This document shows positions 13,632-26,068 of a DNA stretch of 64,000 nt, one piece after another. Under the pieces are notes generated by a model. That model ran no database searches and was not told where the DNA came from. It saw only the letters and a list, made by a program, of their open reading frames with translations. This DNA comes from Utricularia gibba (lineage: Eukaryota > Plantae > Magnoliophyta), in contig NEEC01000012.1 of NCBI GenBank assembly GCA_002189035.1, positions 2,604,001-2,668,000 of the forward strand, in the 5' to 3' direction. Numbering within the stretch: the stretch's first letter is position 1; each line of letters starts with the position of its first letter. The translations under genes were made by a program, and so were the position numbers.

Positions 13632-14251
13632 TCAGCAGTAAAGTTCCCATGAGGGGCCGTTTAGCCAGTCGGGAAAGGTATCATCTTGTAAGGAAGAAGG
13701 AGCTTCTTGAGGCGAGGGGAGGATAAAATGGCTGATGAAGTCACATAGCTCCAGATTGCGAGATTGTGCATTCAGCAGCTGAGATTGAACCACGGCTAAC
13801 TCCGCCTCAAGCTCACTGATCTTCTTCTGCAGCAAACATATCGAGCCCGCGCAGCCGTACACCGGATCCCTCAGTCTCGCGTTCGCTTCGTACACCATGC
13901 TGCTCACCGCGTCCGCCCGATTCGCCTCCGGCAGCTCCTGCGCCGGGAATCAAACATGAATTCAATTTTCCTTCAAAACGCCTACCGAGTAGCTCACACC
14001 TTTATCGGGGGATTAGATCATCGTACCTGGAGCAACTTGATGATGTTGCTCGCTCCGAAAACGCGGTGAGCGGATGTGAACTTGAGAGGCTCCGAGGGCG
14101 GGAAATACGGTGCGAGCACGCAGTCGGCCGTGCAGCGGCGGCGGAGTATTTTGCAAGCTGCACATGGGATGACGACAATAGCCGGAGGAGACGACGGAGA
14201 CGCACTCGAGGACGGCGGGGACAGCGACACCGGGAACTTCATCTCCCCCAT
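13632..14251 (-). CDS. LBD: LOB-domain (LBD/ASL) class I transcription factor, LBD1/LBD11-like
   Basis: Exons 14251-14027 and 13937-13632; CAACKILRRRCTADC zinc-finger-like motif, GAS block (FGASN..LRDPVYGC) and leucine-zipper-like segment. Confidence 0.93.
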
Positions 14252-15419
14252 TGCTGTAGCGGCCGCGCAACCTCATGATATATTTATAGCAATAGTTCAC
14301 ACAAGAAACTCGACCGTTTAAAAAATATATTTACATAATTCATTAATTTTAATTCTTTTTTATATTTTTGAAATATATATACTAAAATAATATTATGTTT
14401 CTTAAAAAATGATTAAAAAAAATGTAATTTTCCGTTGGAATGATCTAACCACCAAAGCTACATACAGATGGCGAAGCGTGTGGGAGCTATGGATAGCGAC
14501 CTGGGACCCATTTTTCAATGTATTCAGACATAACGAGATCCCTCCGTGTGGTGTCTTGGTAGGCCTTGCCGACAATCGGCGGCCCAATTACGTGAGGCCC
14601 AATAATTACCCCCGGCCCGTGACGCTTTCCCATTCCTACCGAATTCTTATTTACAAAAATTTATTTTTTATTTTATCTATTTATCTCTTATTTCCTTCAC
14701 TTTCTATTCTCGTTTTATATGTTACTGATAGAGATTCATAGGTGGGATTCAGTTTGAATGGGAATCAAACATGATTAGATATTTTTGTAAGATCTATCTT
14801 TAGTGGTTTTCGAAAATGCTGATACCATTTATTTTTACGAAAATCAGTAATTTGGGAAAAAATTATTATGTAGAAACTAAAAGAAGTTAGTCTAGTTTCC
14901 AACCTCACTTCATATTTTTTCTATGATTTTAATATTCGTTTTTGAAAATTAATAAAGTAAATTAGAAAACTTCTTAAATAAAACTTAATAAAGAAAAGAC
15001 ACGTCAGTATTTACAGAAATAATTAAAGATTTTCTAATCTATTAGAACCGGATCACAATCGATAAATCCATCGATTCCAAATTTTTACATTTTTAACTTA
15101 ATTTTTAAGTATTAATGATCTCAATTTTCAATTATTTTTCTTATTAGTGTTCAAATGAAAAAAATAATATTTTTACTTTTAAGTGATATATACATTTATT
15201 CATAAAAATAATTTTTTTATAGACTTGTATAATTAGTTATATACATAAAAATAAAAAATAATTGATATGAAAACACGAGTCATAAAAAATTGAATTTAAA
15301 TTTGAATCATTTTATAATTTTATATTCATATTTAAATTATTTATTATCGATTTCAAATTTATTGTTTCGGTTTCGATTTTAAATAGTTTCGAATAATTTA
15401 GATCCATAAATATGAAATT

Positions 15420-17145
15420 TTACTTGGGAAGGTGGAACTGGAAGTGTGAGCCAGAAGGAGGATCAAATGTGTCCTGGTTGATCCAGCTGAATTTCTGAAT
15501 AAAGGGGCTGATTTCTTCTGCTTTCTTGTCGCCATTGATCACTTCTTCCCAAACATTGGCATCTTCCAGGTCTCTGATCACCTCCCAAACGCAGCTGTTG
15601 CACTTGAACCCCGACCCGAACCCGATCATCCACAGCCGGTCGCCCCTTCTCAGCCGCTTCGTGGCTTCCATGTACCCGAGCACGTACCAGAGACTGCTGG
15701 CGGAGGTGTTCCGAATCGGTGGAGACTCATCTTGGAAGGCTCCACGTCGTCGTGGCTCAGTGATAGACCTTTGCGGATCTCTTCGATCACTGCTGTTCCT
15801 CCGGGATGCATGCAGAAGTGATCTATTCCGGCTTTGAAATTCAGTGCTGCTTTCTTCCTCGCGTATTTCATTACGAGGTACCTGTCAAGAAATAAATGCT
15901 GATGAGAGTAATAATGAAATCCGAGGTGCAGAAGCCTGGTGGCCGGAGTATCTCTCCGACCCCACAATGCAGACGGCGCATGAAATCAACTGCGACCCAT
16001 GTTTTGTCTGTAAAAGTACAGTTTCTAGAACCGCTTCTGTGGTATGGGAAAGGTGGAGGCAGGAGGGAGGGAGAGGACCTTATAAGCTCGGTGTAGGGTA
16101 GGCATGTTTTGGCGATTTCAGCCGTGTTCTGTGTAAAAGCTCGTTTCGCTGTTCTGGGCAGGCTTTTATCGAGATAGAACCCCAGTTTCCCTTGGCTGTC
16201 TTCTTTCTGCATGCCGCAGGTGTAAGCTTCATCACTGGCGCCCAGATGGGTGCGAACAAGGCATTTCAATTGCAGCTTTGAACGCTTTCTCATTGCGGAT
16301 TTGTTGGTCAGTAGCATGGCGCATCCACCGGAACGGAACAAGCAGTTTGTCAGCATCATCGACTTGTCGTTCCCAGAGTACCTGCGAAGGTTCATCCAGT
16401 GGTTACAGGAAAGAAGAAGCTTGGATTTAGAGTGATCCTGGAATCTCTCGATCCACTGCAACGAAACTGACTGACCAGTTGGGAGCTATGGACTCCGATG
16501 TGACCACGACGGCCATGGAGTTTCTCTGTGACTTGAAGAAGCTGCTGACGATGTTCATCGACACCAAGCTCGCGCTGCAACCCATTCCAGACAGATTGTA
16601 AGACTTCACATCGTCTCTCATTCCGTACATGTTGATGATCCTGGAAACTAGAGACGGAACGCAGGAGAGCAACGATACATTCACTACCAGCAGATCGATT
16701 TCCTTCGGAGAAACCTGCTGAAAAAAACAGTAGTTCAGCAGCTGCTTCTGTAACTATATCCCCGGATTCCCTTTGCACCCAGCATCACCTTAGTTTTCAC
16801 GAAGAGCTGACTCAGGGTATCCCTGAAAAACTCATCCATCTCCAGGATCCCATCTTCAAGGCTATGAGAATTCTCTCTGCCGCCGATGATGTTTCTCGGG
16901 CCGTACGAGTGCTCCCCGATGCCGGAGTTGACGATCGCACGCAGCAAGAACTTGTACTCCTGATGCCCCAGGTTGAGGTTCCGAGCAACGATACTTCCAC
17001 TCAGCTCCGTATCCAGCTTCCGATCATCGGAGGGCTTGTGGCACTCGTAGTCCACAAGGAAGCAGCGCTGATCTCTTCTCCGGCAGTAGCGGCGCAGAGA
17101 GAACCAGAGAGCCCACACGCATATTACCACCATGATGAGCTCCAT
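15420..17145 (-). CDS. KCS: 3-ketoacyl-CoA synthase (KCS3/12/19-like), 4 exons; apparent frameshift at ~15709-15712
   Basis: Introns 16788-16715 (NAGNAG acceptor), 16475-16382, 16078-15882. Motifs [54 protein letters not shown] is broken by one missing base. Confidence 0.92.
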
Positions 17146-18281
17146 TGTCCAGCTCCCACACCCCGGCCATCATTGTCCTCCTATTTATCAAGACAAAAGA
17201 AATAACTTGCTGCAATGAAGGATCCGTCTGCCGCCACGACTCTCCCTCTTCAGATCACTTTAACGTCAATTTACTACCAGTTACTGTAATCCCACTGCAG
17301 ACCAAAGGTGAAAACTCCATCTTTGACAATCCAGATCCTGTAATTTAGACTGCTACCCCCACCCCGACGATCATGAAAACAAAATCTGAGTTGACTCCAC
17401 AAAACCACCCACCCACAGAATTCTTCTGGGAGTTCGGGGTAATAATTAGAAGGTGTGGGGAGTTGGGCAGGCAATCTATCAAGACCTTAGTGGTGACAGG
17501 TGAAGAATTGAAAATCTGGGGAGCCCGCAATGAAGAAGACCGGTTCGGGCATTTACAGGGAAGCCGGCTGCGAGGACAGGTTTCCTTAAATTATTTTACT
17601 CTGAAACATGGGATCTGTAAGAAGAAAGCGCGGTTCCTTAAAGCCCGGTGGGGACCTCCACACAGAATAGTACCCCTTTTTTTGGAAATACTTAAGAGCA
17701 TTTTATTGCATTAAAAAGTTTTTTAAAAGATGAAAAATAATTAAATAACAGAAATGGTTTAGGATGATGGTTTTAGGGTATTTTAATTAATTATATATTT
17801 AATTTATCTATATTTAAATAAAAATATATATACATAAAATTAATCACGTTTAACATATTATATAGGGGAAAAATGACCTTGTTTAATGCAGAATTGACGT
17901 TTGGAAAATTACATTTATGTCCTTTTCACCCAAATCATAACAGATTGCCGGGCAGTGCAATTCAAATATTAAAATAACTATTATTGATTCTAGTGTGGGG
18001 CCCACAAAGGGACTAATATAGAGTAATTACAAAAAAATGATGATTTTTATATTAATATTTTAATTGATCATTTTATTTTATTTTTATTTCTAGAAAAATA
18101 ATCCTGATGTTTTTTATATTTTAAATATTAAATGTAAAAAAATGTTTTTTAATATTCGGAAAAATGGGGGCAAAAACGAGTCGTCGTCAATGGAAGCATT
18201 CTTACAGGAGCATCAAAAGGGTAACAGAAAAGAAGCGGAATCCGGCGTGGCTATTCCGACAACCAGCATCAGAAATACGGA

Positions 18282-18510
18282 TTATGCGACCAGAACATAG
18301 AGGGCGTATATGATTCCAGGTAGGTACCCCAGCACTGTGAGCAGCAAGCAGATCCAAAACTCCACCTAAACAAAACGATCATTACATGCGGAAGAACGAG
18401 GAGGAATTTACAGAGATGTCGCCACCTACCCCGCATCCGTATCTGAGAAATACGCCGGCGGGCGGCAGCAGAATCGCCAGAATTACTTCGACAAACGTCT
18501 CGCTACCCAT
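18282..18510 (-). CDS. RCI2: RCI2/PMP3 low-temperature and salt responsive hydrophobic peptide (54 aa), not in the ORF track
   Basis: Exons 18510-18430 and 18365-18282 give MGSETFVEVILAILLPPAGVFLRYGCG|VEFWICLLLTVLGYLPGIIYALYVLVA. Confidence 0.95.
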
Positions 18511-18751
18511 CAAACGATCACCTTTCTCCTCCAATTTCGGATCCTGCGTGGGTTGATAACATAATAAAGGAGTAAACGAAAGGTGTCATCTTGTGAGGTT
18601 TTCCATAAGCTGAAATACGAGCACGTGGACATACCGGGGGTTTCGTGGAAGAGCACCGGAAGCCCGCGTATCATCAGTGCAAAAATTAGAGAAAAAGAAT
18701 GAAAAAGTTCAGATCTTTCCATCTATTGCATCAGAGTTCCATTTGCTGGTT

Positions 18752-19936
18752 TCATGGGTCTTTATAGCGAATGTGGTAGCTGACAATGGAGCCTTCGAAA
18801 AGGTTGAACGTTTGAGCACTGCTGCGAGCAACCTCTGCATCAGAACCACGCTTGAATGTTACCTTACCGCGGGAGGAGTCCCGGTCGATGTGGGTCTCGG
18901 ATTCAATCAGGGGCCCGAAGCGTCTAAACGCTTTAATTAGACTGGATTCTGAAGGTATGATCCTGTTTCTCTCACAGAAGTTCAATACAAGCTCTGCAGG
19001 TAAAAGTTCGCGCTTCATTCTCTTAGCTGATGACTCTTCTGATGCAGAGGATGTGGGGTTTTCCAAGCTTGAAATCACCCTCCTTGATTCGAGTTTTACA
19101 GCGACCATTGGTGAATCCTGTGAACCACATGGAGGAAGCTGAGGTTTCTTGTTGCTGGTGACTGGTAGCATTTTCTGATCTTGATAGTTTTTGACGATCC
19201 ATTTCGTCCAGTAAAAGTCTTTAACATCATCGAATTCGAGTTTTTCACCCAATTCACTCCTCTTCAGCTCCCGTGTTTTGAAAAATACATGGCCTACAAA
19301 GCCCAGCAAGAATATAAAGATTCCATTCTGAAGCATGTGTATTCTTCGGGGAAATCGAGCCAGAAGCTGAAGCTCTGATAGCAACTGACCCACTGAAAAT
19401 GACTCTAATGAGAAAACCATGTTTCGTGTCCTTGAGGCAGTCAACATTGCCCGAGGCTCAAATATAACTTCTTCCTGTTTTACTTTGGTTGTACTTGCGG
19501 ATGCGGATAGAGAAACCTCTGAAGAAATTACCTTGACCCTTCTGTCAAAACTGTTTTCTGTCTCTTGGGGATCAAGATGTTTCATGTTTCTCCCATACGG
19601 CAAAGAACCATCTCTGCAGATTTCATCTTCCACATCCATCTTGTTGATGACCACATGATCAAATGTTTCAGAAACAACCTCTGGAAAGGGAGAAAGAGCT
19701 TCTGCATTATGCCCTGTTTCCAAGCCCAACATACCAATCCCAGGATTCAAATCCTCACCATGAGCAACATCACAGTAGTTCAATTCAATTACCTTAGTGT
19801 CAGCATCGTGCAGTAACTGCCCAGCCTCAATCAGTGAATCTGTAGGTAAAGAAAAACTTCCGATTCCAGTTTCCTGCTCAAACCCTCCAACAATCCCATT
19901 TTCATGAAGCTTCTCAGAATGATTCTCACTTCCCAT
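18752..19936 (-). CDS. PWWP-less paralogue of the upstream PWWP-domain gene (C-terminal domain only)
   Basis: ATG at 19936 (MGSENHSEK). Shares EFDDVKDFYW, PAELVLNF, FRRFGPLIESET, VTFKRGSDAEVA and FNLF blocks with the 965-aa ORF. No PWWP motif. Confidence 0.75.
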   Translation of the reverse strand: MGSENHSEKLHENGIVGGFEQETGIGSFSLPTDSLIEAGQLLHDADTKVIELNYCDVAHGEDLNPGIGMLGLETGHNAEALSPFPEVVSETFDHVVINKMDVEDEICRDGSLPYGRNMKHLDPQETENSFDRRVKVISSEVSLSASASTTKVKQEEVIFEPRAMLTASRTRNMVFSLESFSVGQLLSELQLLARFPRRIHMLQNGIFIFLLGFVGHVFFKTRELKRSELGEKLEFDDVKDFYWTKWIVKNYQDQKMLPVTSNKKPQLPPCGSQDSPMVAVKLESRRVISSLENPTSSASEESSAKRMKRELLPAELVLNFCERNRIIPSESSLIKAFRRFGPLIESETHIDRDSSRGKVTFKRGSDAEVARSSAQTFNLFEGSIVSYHIRYKDP

Positions 19937-20622
19937 ATTCACGAAATGGGCAAACCGCAACGAATACTACAATGCTCGGGAACCACAAATCTGTCCGAAA
20001 ACATGGTTAATCAAGAACCAAAGGGTAATAAAATGCATTTACCTCCTCAGGTACCGCAGACTTTGAGGATCGCTGAGAAGAATTGAAAATGAAGGCGATG
20101 GACTGAGCTCAGACTTCAACTAATCGCACCAGGCAACATTTTCTCTCTCAAACATGACTGAATTTTGAAAATGCATCCCCAGCGAAGAAGACGCCGGTGG
20201 GGACAGGCCAGCAGTTGCAGGAGCTCAGGTTCGCCAACGGAACCCTTACAAAAATGCGCTGGGCTAAGCTAAAGCCCCTCAGAGAACGGGCCACCTGTAA
20301 CTGCCGGTGGGCCTTGGCGTCGGAATGAGGACAAGTTAATGGCCAGTAAAACAAAAAGGGAGCAGCAACCTCTTTAAAGAATACACAGCATCTTCTCTAG
20401 TTATTACAAACACAGATTGTCGGAAAATGGGGGCACATCCTCCACAAGCATCCACCTCTCGAGACATCGTGGAAGAGCTTCTGCTACCCACCTCTCAGAG
20501 CTTCATCACCTCTGTTAACCAGAGGTAAGAAGAAAAGGATACGCATAAGAGATCAGGAATGAACAAATCGATTACCTGTGAACTCACTTTCGTTTCTACT
20601 CACAGAGAATGGTTACCTGATC

Positions 20623-23520
20623 TCAAGCTACGGCGTTTGGCATCCAGGTCTCGTCTCCCACCGGCTGAGGGGCAATGGGGGGAATCTTTACTGAGATCAA
20701 CGGTGAGTAACCAACTTCGTAGCTTACGGTTGCCGGCCCGAAAAGGTTGAACTTTTTGGAACTGTCGCAGGCTACTTCTGCATCAAAACCACGTTTGAAG
20801 ATCACTCTTGCACGACCCGAAGCATGATCCACTTCTGTTTCAGATTCCATCAAAGCCCCGAAGCGTCTGAATATTTTGTTTAGACTGATTTCGGATGGAA
20901 CACGCTTCCTGTCCTCGAAGTTCAGTGTGAGTTCTGCTGGTGAGGATTGCTGCTTCTGCTTCTTAGAAGTTTCATCCAGTTCAGGGGTAGCAGCCAATGA
21001 TGGAAGGCTTCCGGTGGAAAATCTCTTCCGAGACTTGCGACCAGGTTTGACTACACTTTCAGCAACATATTGAGCCATTTCAAGGGTGGAAGCGCTGTTG
21101 TCGCCGTTATTCACCTGTTCCGGTGAATTGTTTTGGACAATCCTGTCTGTCCAGTAAGAGTCATTTACATCATGAAACTCAAACTCTTCAGCAGCCTCAG
21201 CAGAGGCAGTTTCAGATCCTTTTCTTCTTCCTCGCCTACTCAAAGCAATCGAATTCCGAAGACCAAGTAAAAAGGTGTGTGTGGTTAGAGGAAAGCTGTG
21301 TTCTTTGTTGGGATGGCAGGCAAGCAGCTGAATTTGGGATAGCATCTCCTCCACAGAAGATGATTCCGCTGAAACAACCATGGTTGGTCTGTCGAGCTCA
21401 AACATTTTATGGGAATCGTCTGAGCCTGGCGCTGTTAACTTGCTGGCCACTCTGCTGATGCATTCACCGATTTTGAATGACGCCTTGGGAGCTTGACTTG
21501 TTGGGGTAGAAATCCTTGCAGCATGAGTGCTCAACCTTTTCTCTACTCCATCTCCTAGTGGATAGTCCGCTTTCCGTTTTCTAGAAACCGGGAAAGATAC
21601 TGAAATACCAACATCATCCGGAAAAGAATCACTTTCCACATCCACGGAGAATTCCAAGTCCATCAAGTCTGACAAACTCCTCTCCCTTAAAGACTCTGAA
21701 GCATCAACTGGCGTATGTTGAAGGTTTTTTTGTGCAGTGCCTATATCATTTTCAAGCAACTCCTCGAACTCGACCAGCTCAGGTGGCAAAGGGTATCCTT
21801 TGAAATGGCAAAGTGCGGATAGCTGAGCCTGAGTAAGCACAAGATCAAGTCGATCGGCCCCAAAGGCCGAACGAGGTGCCAATTCTTGAATGAAGAGGAG
21901 AAGTTCCGCAGGTTGAAAGTGCTGAGCTTTGCAAGATTTATCCACACCACATCTTTCATTTGAAGACTGCCGTATTCCAGAGTTTGTTATGCATTGGCTT
22001 TTGATTTTGAAGTACTCATCTTGTGGCATGCAAGAACAAGACAGGCCTAACTGTATACGTCTAGAAACCTCTTCCAACGCACAGTCAATAGCATCTCGAA
22101 ATGCCTGAGAATTGCTCTGCCTCACCATCTGACTGAAGTGAGGCCTGAAGGGCTTTAACAATGATGACTCATTCCAAGCAAATGTCTGATCTCCAAAATA
22201 CGCTACCAAATGAGAATCCTTCTTGTAATACTTAATTGCCTCATCAGAAGCATCAGCGGGATCGAATATCTGTCCAGGCCACCAAGGGTGGCTTCGAACT
22301 TTACCCCAAACAAGATCACCTACAGCAAAACGACCTTCCTTTTCTGGAGCTGAAAGATAACCAGACTGACCCATTTTCAAGGAGCTCACAGTTATGTAAT
22401 TGTCTTCATCAGGCGAATGATATTGTTCTTCCTCTGGAGCACATTCTTCAATTAAGGCCTCGGAATTTATTTCTGGATGCAGCGAATCAAACACATACTC
22501 TCCCTCGAATTCCTTGGTACTCTTACCCTCGTCATAGAAAATGCCATTACTTTTACTAGAATCAGCTTCATTTTTCTCACATGTAGTTTCCTCATTGTGA
22601 TACTGGATAGGCATTTTCGATTCACTTGCTTCATCAGCGCCAGTACAATTTTCCAGTATATCAGCATGGCTGACCTTATCGGCCACACATTTTACATCAG
22701 AACTGAGGCTCTTATCCTTGCTCATAGAACTCAAATCACCACTCACATTCGATGATCCAATTTCGAAATCCAACACATCATCAAATCCTACAATTTCAGT
22801 TGAACCAGATGGCGCAGTTTGTAAACCATCCACTACAGCTATTGCTTCACTAAGCAGAGGTGTATCTGCCACCACCAAATCTACATTTTCGGAATTTGCA
22901 GCACTTGTGGTAAACAATATTTCTTGGCCGTCAACAAGATCGAATTTTTCATCTGCATCAGCTTCCATATGATCACTGTACACAACCTCTTTACCAGTTT
23001 CCCCTTCAGGAATTACAATACCATCAGTTTCAGATGCCAAAGAAACATCCGCTGGAGTAGCTACTTGATTAAGTTTCTCATTCAAAATACTATCTTCTTT
23101 TGACAGCAGTGCACCAGCTTCAACACTCGCTGTAATGCAGTCCTTTTCATCTCTAGGTTCTGAAAAATGCACCCCACAATCTAGCATCTTATCCCCACTC
23201 CCTTCAACAGGGACATCCTTCTCTTCAGACGCTACACTATCCCCTTGCTCCTGCCTCTCCTCCAACACCTTACCCGCCAAACCTTCAACTTCCCCAGATC
23301 CCAAATCACCTTCTTGGAGATTACTTACCCCATCAACAAACACAGCGGTTCCTACTACTTCCACCATTATTTCCCCTTCATCTACTCCGTCGAAAGACTC
23401 TGACTGTTTCTCAATGTCCATATTATCAACACCGGCCGCACTAGGGAGATCACCACTCAACCGCGACTCAGGAGACGCACTGTTACTCCCTGGGACGACT
23501 TCACTTTGCCCATCCTCCAT
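20623..23520 (-). CDS. Tudor/PWWP/MBT superfamily PWWP-domain chromatin protein (965 aa, single coding exon)
   Basis: GDLVWGKVRSHPWWPGQIFDP..LVAYFGDQTFAWNE PWWP domain; acidic N-terminus; conserved C-terminal PSEISLNKIFRRFG..DAEVA block. Confidence 0.92.
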   Translation of the reverse strand: MEDGQSEVVPGSNSASPESRLSGDLPSAAGVDNMDIEKQSESFDGVDEGEIMVEVVGTAVFVDGVSNLQEGDLGSGEVEGLAGKVLEERQEQGDSVASEEKDVPVEGSGDKMLDCGVHFSEPRDEKDCITASVEAGALLSKEDSILNEKLNQVATPADVSLASETDGIVIPEGETGKEVVYSDHMEADADEKFDLVDGQEILFTTSAANSENVDLVVADTPLLSEAIAVVDGLQTAPSGSTEIVGFDDVLDFEIGSSNVSGDLSSMSKDKSLSSDVKCVADKVSHADILENCTGADEASESKMPIQYHNEETTCEKNEADSSKSNGIFYDEGKSTKEFEGEYVFDSLHPEINSEALIEECAPEEEQYHSPDEDNYITVSSLKMGQSGYLSAPEKEGRFAVGDLVWGKVRSHPWWPGQIFDPADASDEAIKYYKKDSHLVAYFGDQTFAWNESSLLKPFRPHFSQMVRQSNSQAFRDAIDCALEEVSRRIQLGLSCSCMPQDEYFKIKSQCITNSGIRQSSNERCGVDKSCKAQHFQPAELLLFIQELAPRSAFGADRLDLVLTQAQLSALCHFKGYPLPPELVEFEELLENDIGTAQKNLQHTPVDASESLRERSLSDLMDLEFSVDVESDSFPDDVGISVSFPVSRKRKADYPLGDGVEKRLSTHAARISTPTSQAPKASFKIGECISRVASKLTAPGSDDSHKMFELDRPTMVVSAESSSVEEMLSQIQLLACHPNKEHSFPLTTHTFLLGLRNSIALSRRGRRKGSETASAEAAEEFEFHDVNDSYWTDRIVQNNSPEQVNNGDNSASTLEMAQYVAESVVKPGRKSRKRFSTGSLPSLAATPELDETSKKQKQQSSPAELTLNFEDRKRVPSEISLNKIFRRFGALMESETEVDHASGRARVIFKRGFDAEVACDSSKKFNLFGPATVSYEVGYSPLISVKIPPIAPQPVGDETWMPNAVA

Positions 23521-23931
23521 CCCTAATATCCCTCCTCAAAGACTTCAAGAATTATCGAAAAGGGCACTTCAATAATCGCAGGAACTAGAACTAGAACTTC
23601 AACACACCCTTATCAAGAATCTCTTTACCTAATTCAGCAAAAGGCAAATCATTTTGCGAGTACGTAAAAACCTTACAAGCAGATTATATCAAATCCCATG
23701 TCCACCGGAAATCGGAAGCGGGAAAAACTTGAGGGTTCTCAGAGAGCAGCGAGGTCACGACACCAAGCACTAAACCACAAATGTATTTATATATATAGAA
23801 AAAAGGTAATTTTGCTTCTCTACACAATTTAAACACACACCTACTCTTTTGGTTTGGATTTCTAAAAATAAACTATCTCTTTTTCCTTAATATTTACCCT
23901 TTGGCCCCAAAAGTTATCTTAATTCTCTCAG

Positions 23932-24118
23932 CTCCAAGTTTAGAAATTGATCAAAAATAAAGCTTGGGAACTAAATGTATGATTTCTCTAAAGTTTAGGA
24001 TCCTTTCTGTAATTTTCTCCATGCTTAGAAATAGATCAAAAATGAAGCTTGGGAGCTAAATGTATGATTACTGTAAAGTGTTGGACTCTTTCTGCAATTT
24101 TCTCCAAGTTTAGAAATA
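23932..24118. repeat. Imperfect 85-bp tandem repeat, about 2.2 copies
   Basis: Units start at 23932, 24017 and 24102 (CTCCAAGTTTAGAAAT...GCTTGGGA.CTAAATGTATGATT). Confidence 0.85.
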
Positions 24119-24320
24119 TATTGGGAGGAATGAGTAGTACATCATCAGCCTTCAGTCCCATACAAAACAGATTTCCTGGTATTGCACAATGGGAAGCATT
24201 TTTGGAATGCTAAAGGATCTCAATCCGAACAAAGAGTACATCAACCACAGGCGATTTTAGTCTCCTTCCGGTGTGACTTTATTAGTCTGGACAATGGCTC
24301 TGGGGTGCTGGCACATGAGA

Positions 24321-25110
24321 TCAGAGGGGGCATGCTTTCTCAAACTCCTTCTGCTCCTTCCTACAGAATTCAAACTCATTTGTGTGGTAATGCATGCAGC
24401 CAGCATAGGCATCCAGCTCTTTGCCGCAGCTTTGGTGCAACCCTCTTAGCCTACAAAAATGAAGCGCTTGGTGTTTTATATCAGTGCATGCTTATGTCAA
24501 AGATACGGTTTCTTTTAGCCTTTGGAACACATTGCTCCATGATAACAAAGGTTTCAATGATATGAAGTGCAGTGTAGATTCATCTAGCATGACGAGGGTC
24601 TTATCTTTTTCAAAGCAAGTGAGTACCCTGATCTTCAGTAGTAGAAAGCAATACAAGTACATGAAGCATATGAGCAATATGCAAGAAGAACCGTTTATCA
24701 TTCACAGATCCTTCACAACCAGGTTAATCAACATCATCAAGAGGGGGAAATGGAACGAGTTGAACATCATCACTCAGTCAAATGTGATTCTAAAAGCCTT
24801 GGGGGATCTCTGAGCATACTTAGATTCAGATTTCAATAGATTCATGTATGCAGACAAGTTTAGGCTATGGAATCCTCGGCAGATGAAATCCAGTGCATAA
24901 ATAAGAGCTAAATTTAACTTACAGGTGAAGCACACATTTCGTCACTAACCGCCCTTTATCAAGGCAGGTCTCAGGGTTTGGATCATCTTTTTTGCACTTC
25001 AGGAATGCTATGTTCTCAGCACGACATTTGGAGCCAATATGCTTTGAGGCAGCCATCAGCACAGATGAAGTTGGTGCCGGCTCTCCAGATGAAGTAACGG
25101 TGTCCGCCAT
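24321..25110 (-). CDS. NDUFA8: Mitochondrial complex I subunit NDUFA8 (PGIV, twin CX9C protein)
   Basis: Exons 25110-24923 and 24450-24321: PTSSVLMAASKHIGSKCRAENIAFLKCKKDDPNPETCLDKGRLVTKCVL|LLRGLHQSCGKELDAYAGCMHYHTNEFEFCRKEQ. Confidence 0.93.
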
Positions 25111-26068
25111 TCCTAAACACAGAAACTTCATTCAGTGACCCAAACAGATTTCCAAGACCACACCGCAAGAAATGAAAAGCTTCGCACACAAATTGCCATA
25201 ATCGAAATCAATATGAATCATCCAGAAAGCATAACTGTTCACACGCCCACAAATTATCACATGAAATCGATAAATATAAGACTTATTAGAACTCTGCAAC
25301 ACCCAACTTCCAATCCAACATTTTCTGATGATAAACTCACAAAGCTCACCTTTTTCAGAATCAGATCGGTTAGGAAAAAAAACGGATTGATGTCAACTTC
25401 AATGTGATGGAAAAAATGGCTACCATTCAGAGATCTTAAGCAATTACTCACCTCCTCTCCCGCTAGTACACTCCCACAGCGGAAACGATTTGGCGCATAT
25501 GGGTTTTTTTCCCCCCTTCTGCTGAATGTCTTGAGAGTCCACCCATTACCGCAGTCGCCACTTGCCTCCATTTCATTGTCGGGCTACTTCGTTGTTGGGC
25601 TCAGAAAATTCTGTGGACAAAGGCCTACCATACGGTCCAGAAGTGTGAGCCCAGTTTTGTATACAAGGCTCGATAGATCGGCCCATTCCCTTCTTATGAT
25701 TCCAATGAAATTCAAACATAATTGATATTAATTTTGTTTGTGTTCGTTCATTATAAAACTATTTCAAAGTCTACTTATAAAAAATAATTTTAAAAATAAT
25801 TTTATTATAAAATACAAATAAATCTTATTTTAAAATAAATATATATTTAAAAACAAGTTCCAACAAGTATGATCCATAAATGTAATAAACATAATATGAA
25901 CTAATATATTTGACATATTAAAAGTTGAGGATCAAATATATTCAATACGTTAAAATTTAAAAATTAATTATATCAATAAAGATTAAATATGTTAATTTTA
26001 TTAAATAATTGAAACAAAACGTACAGTTTTCAACATACAATCGGTGCCCAATTCTGTACAGTAGCCTG

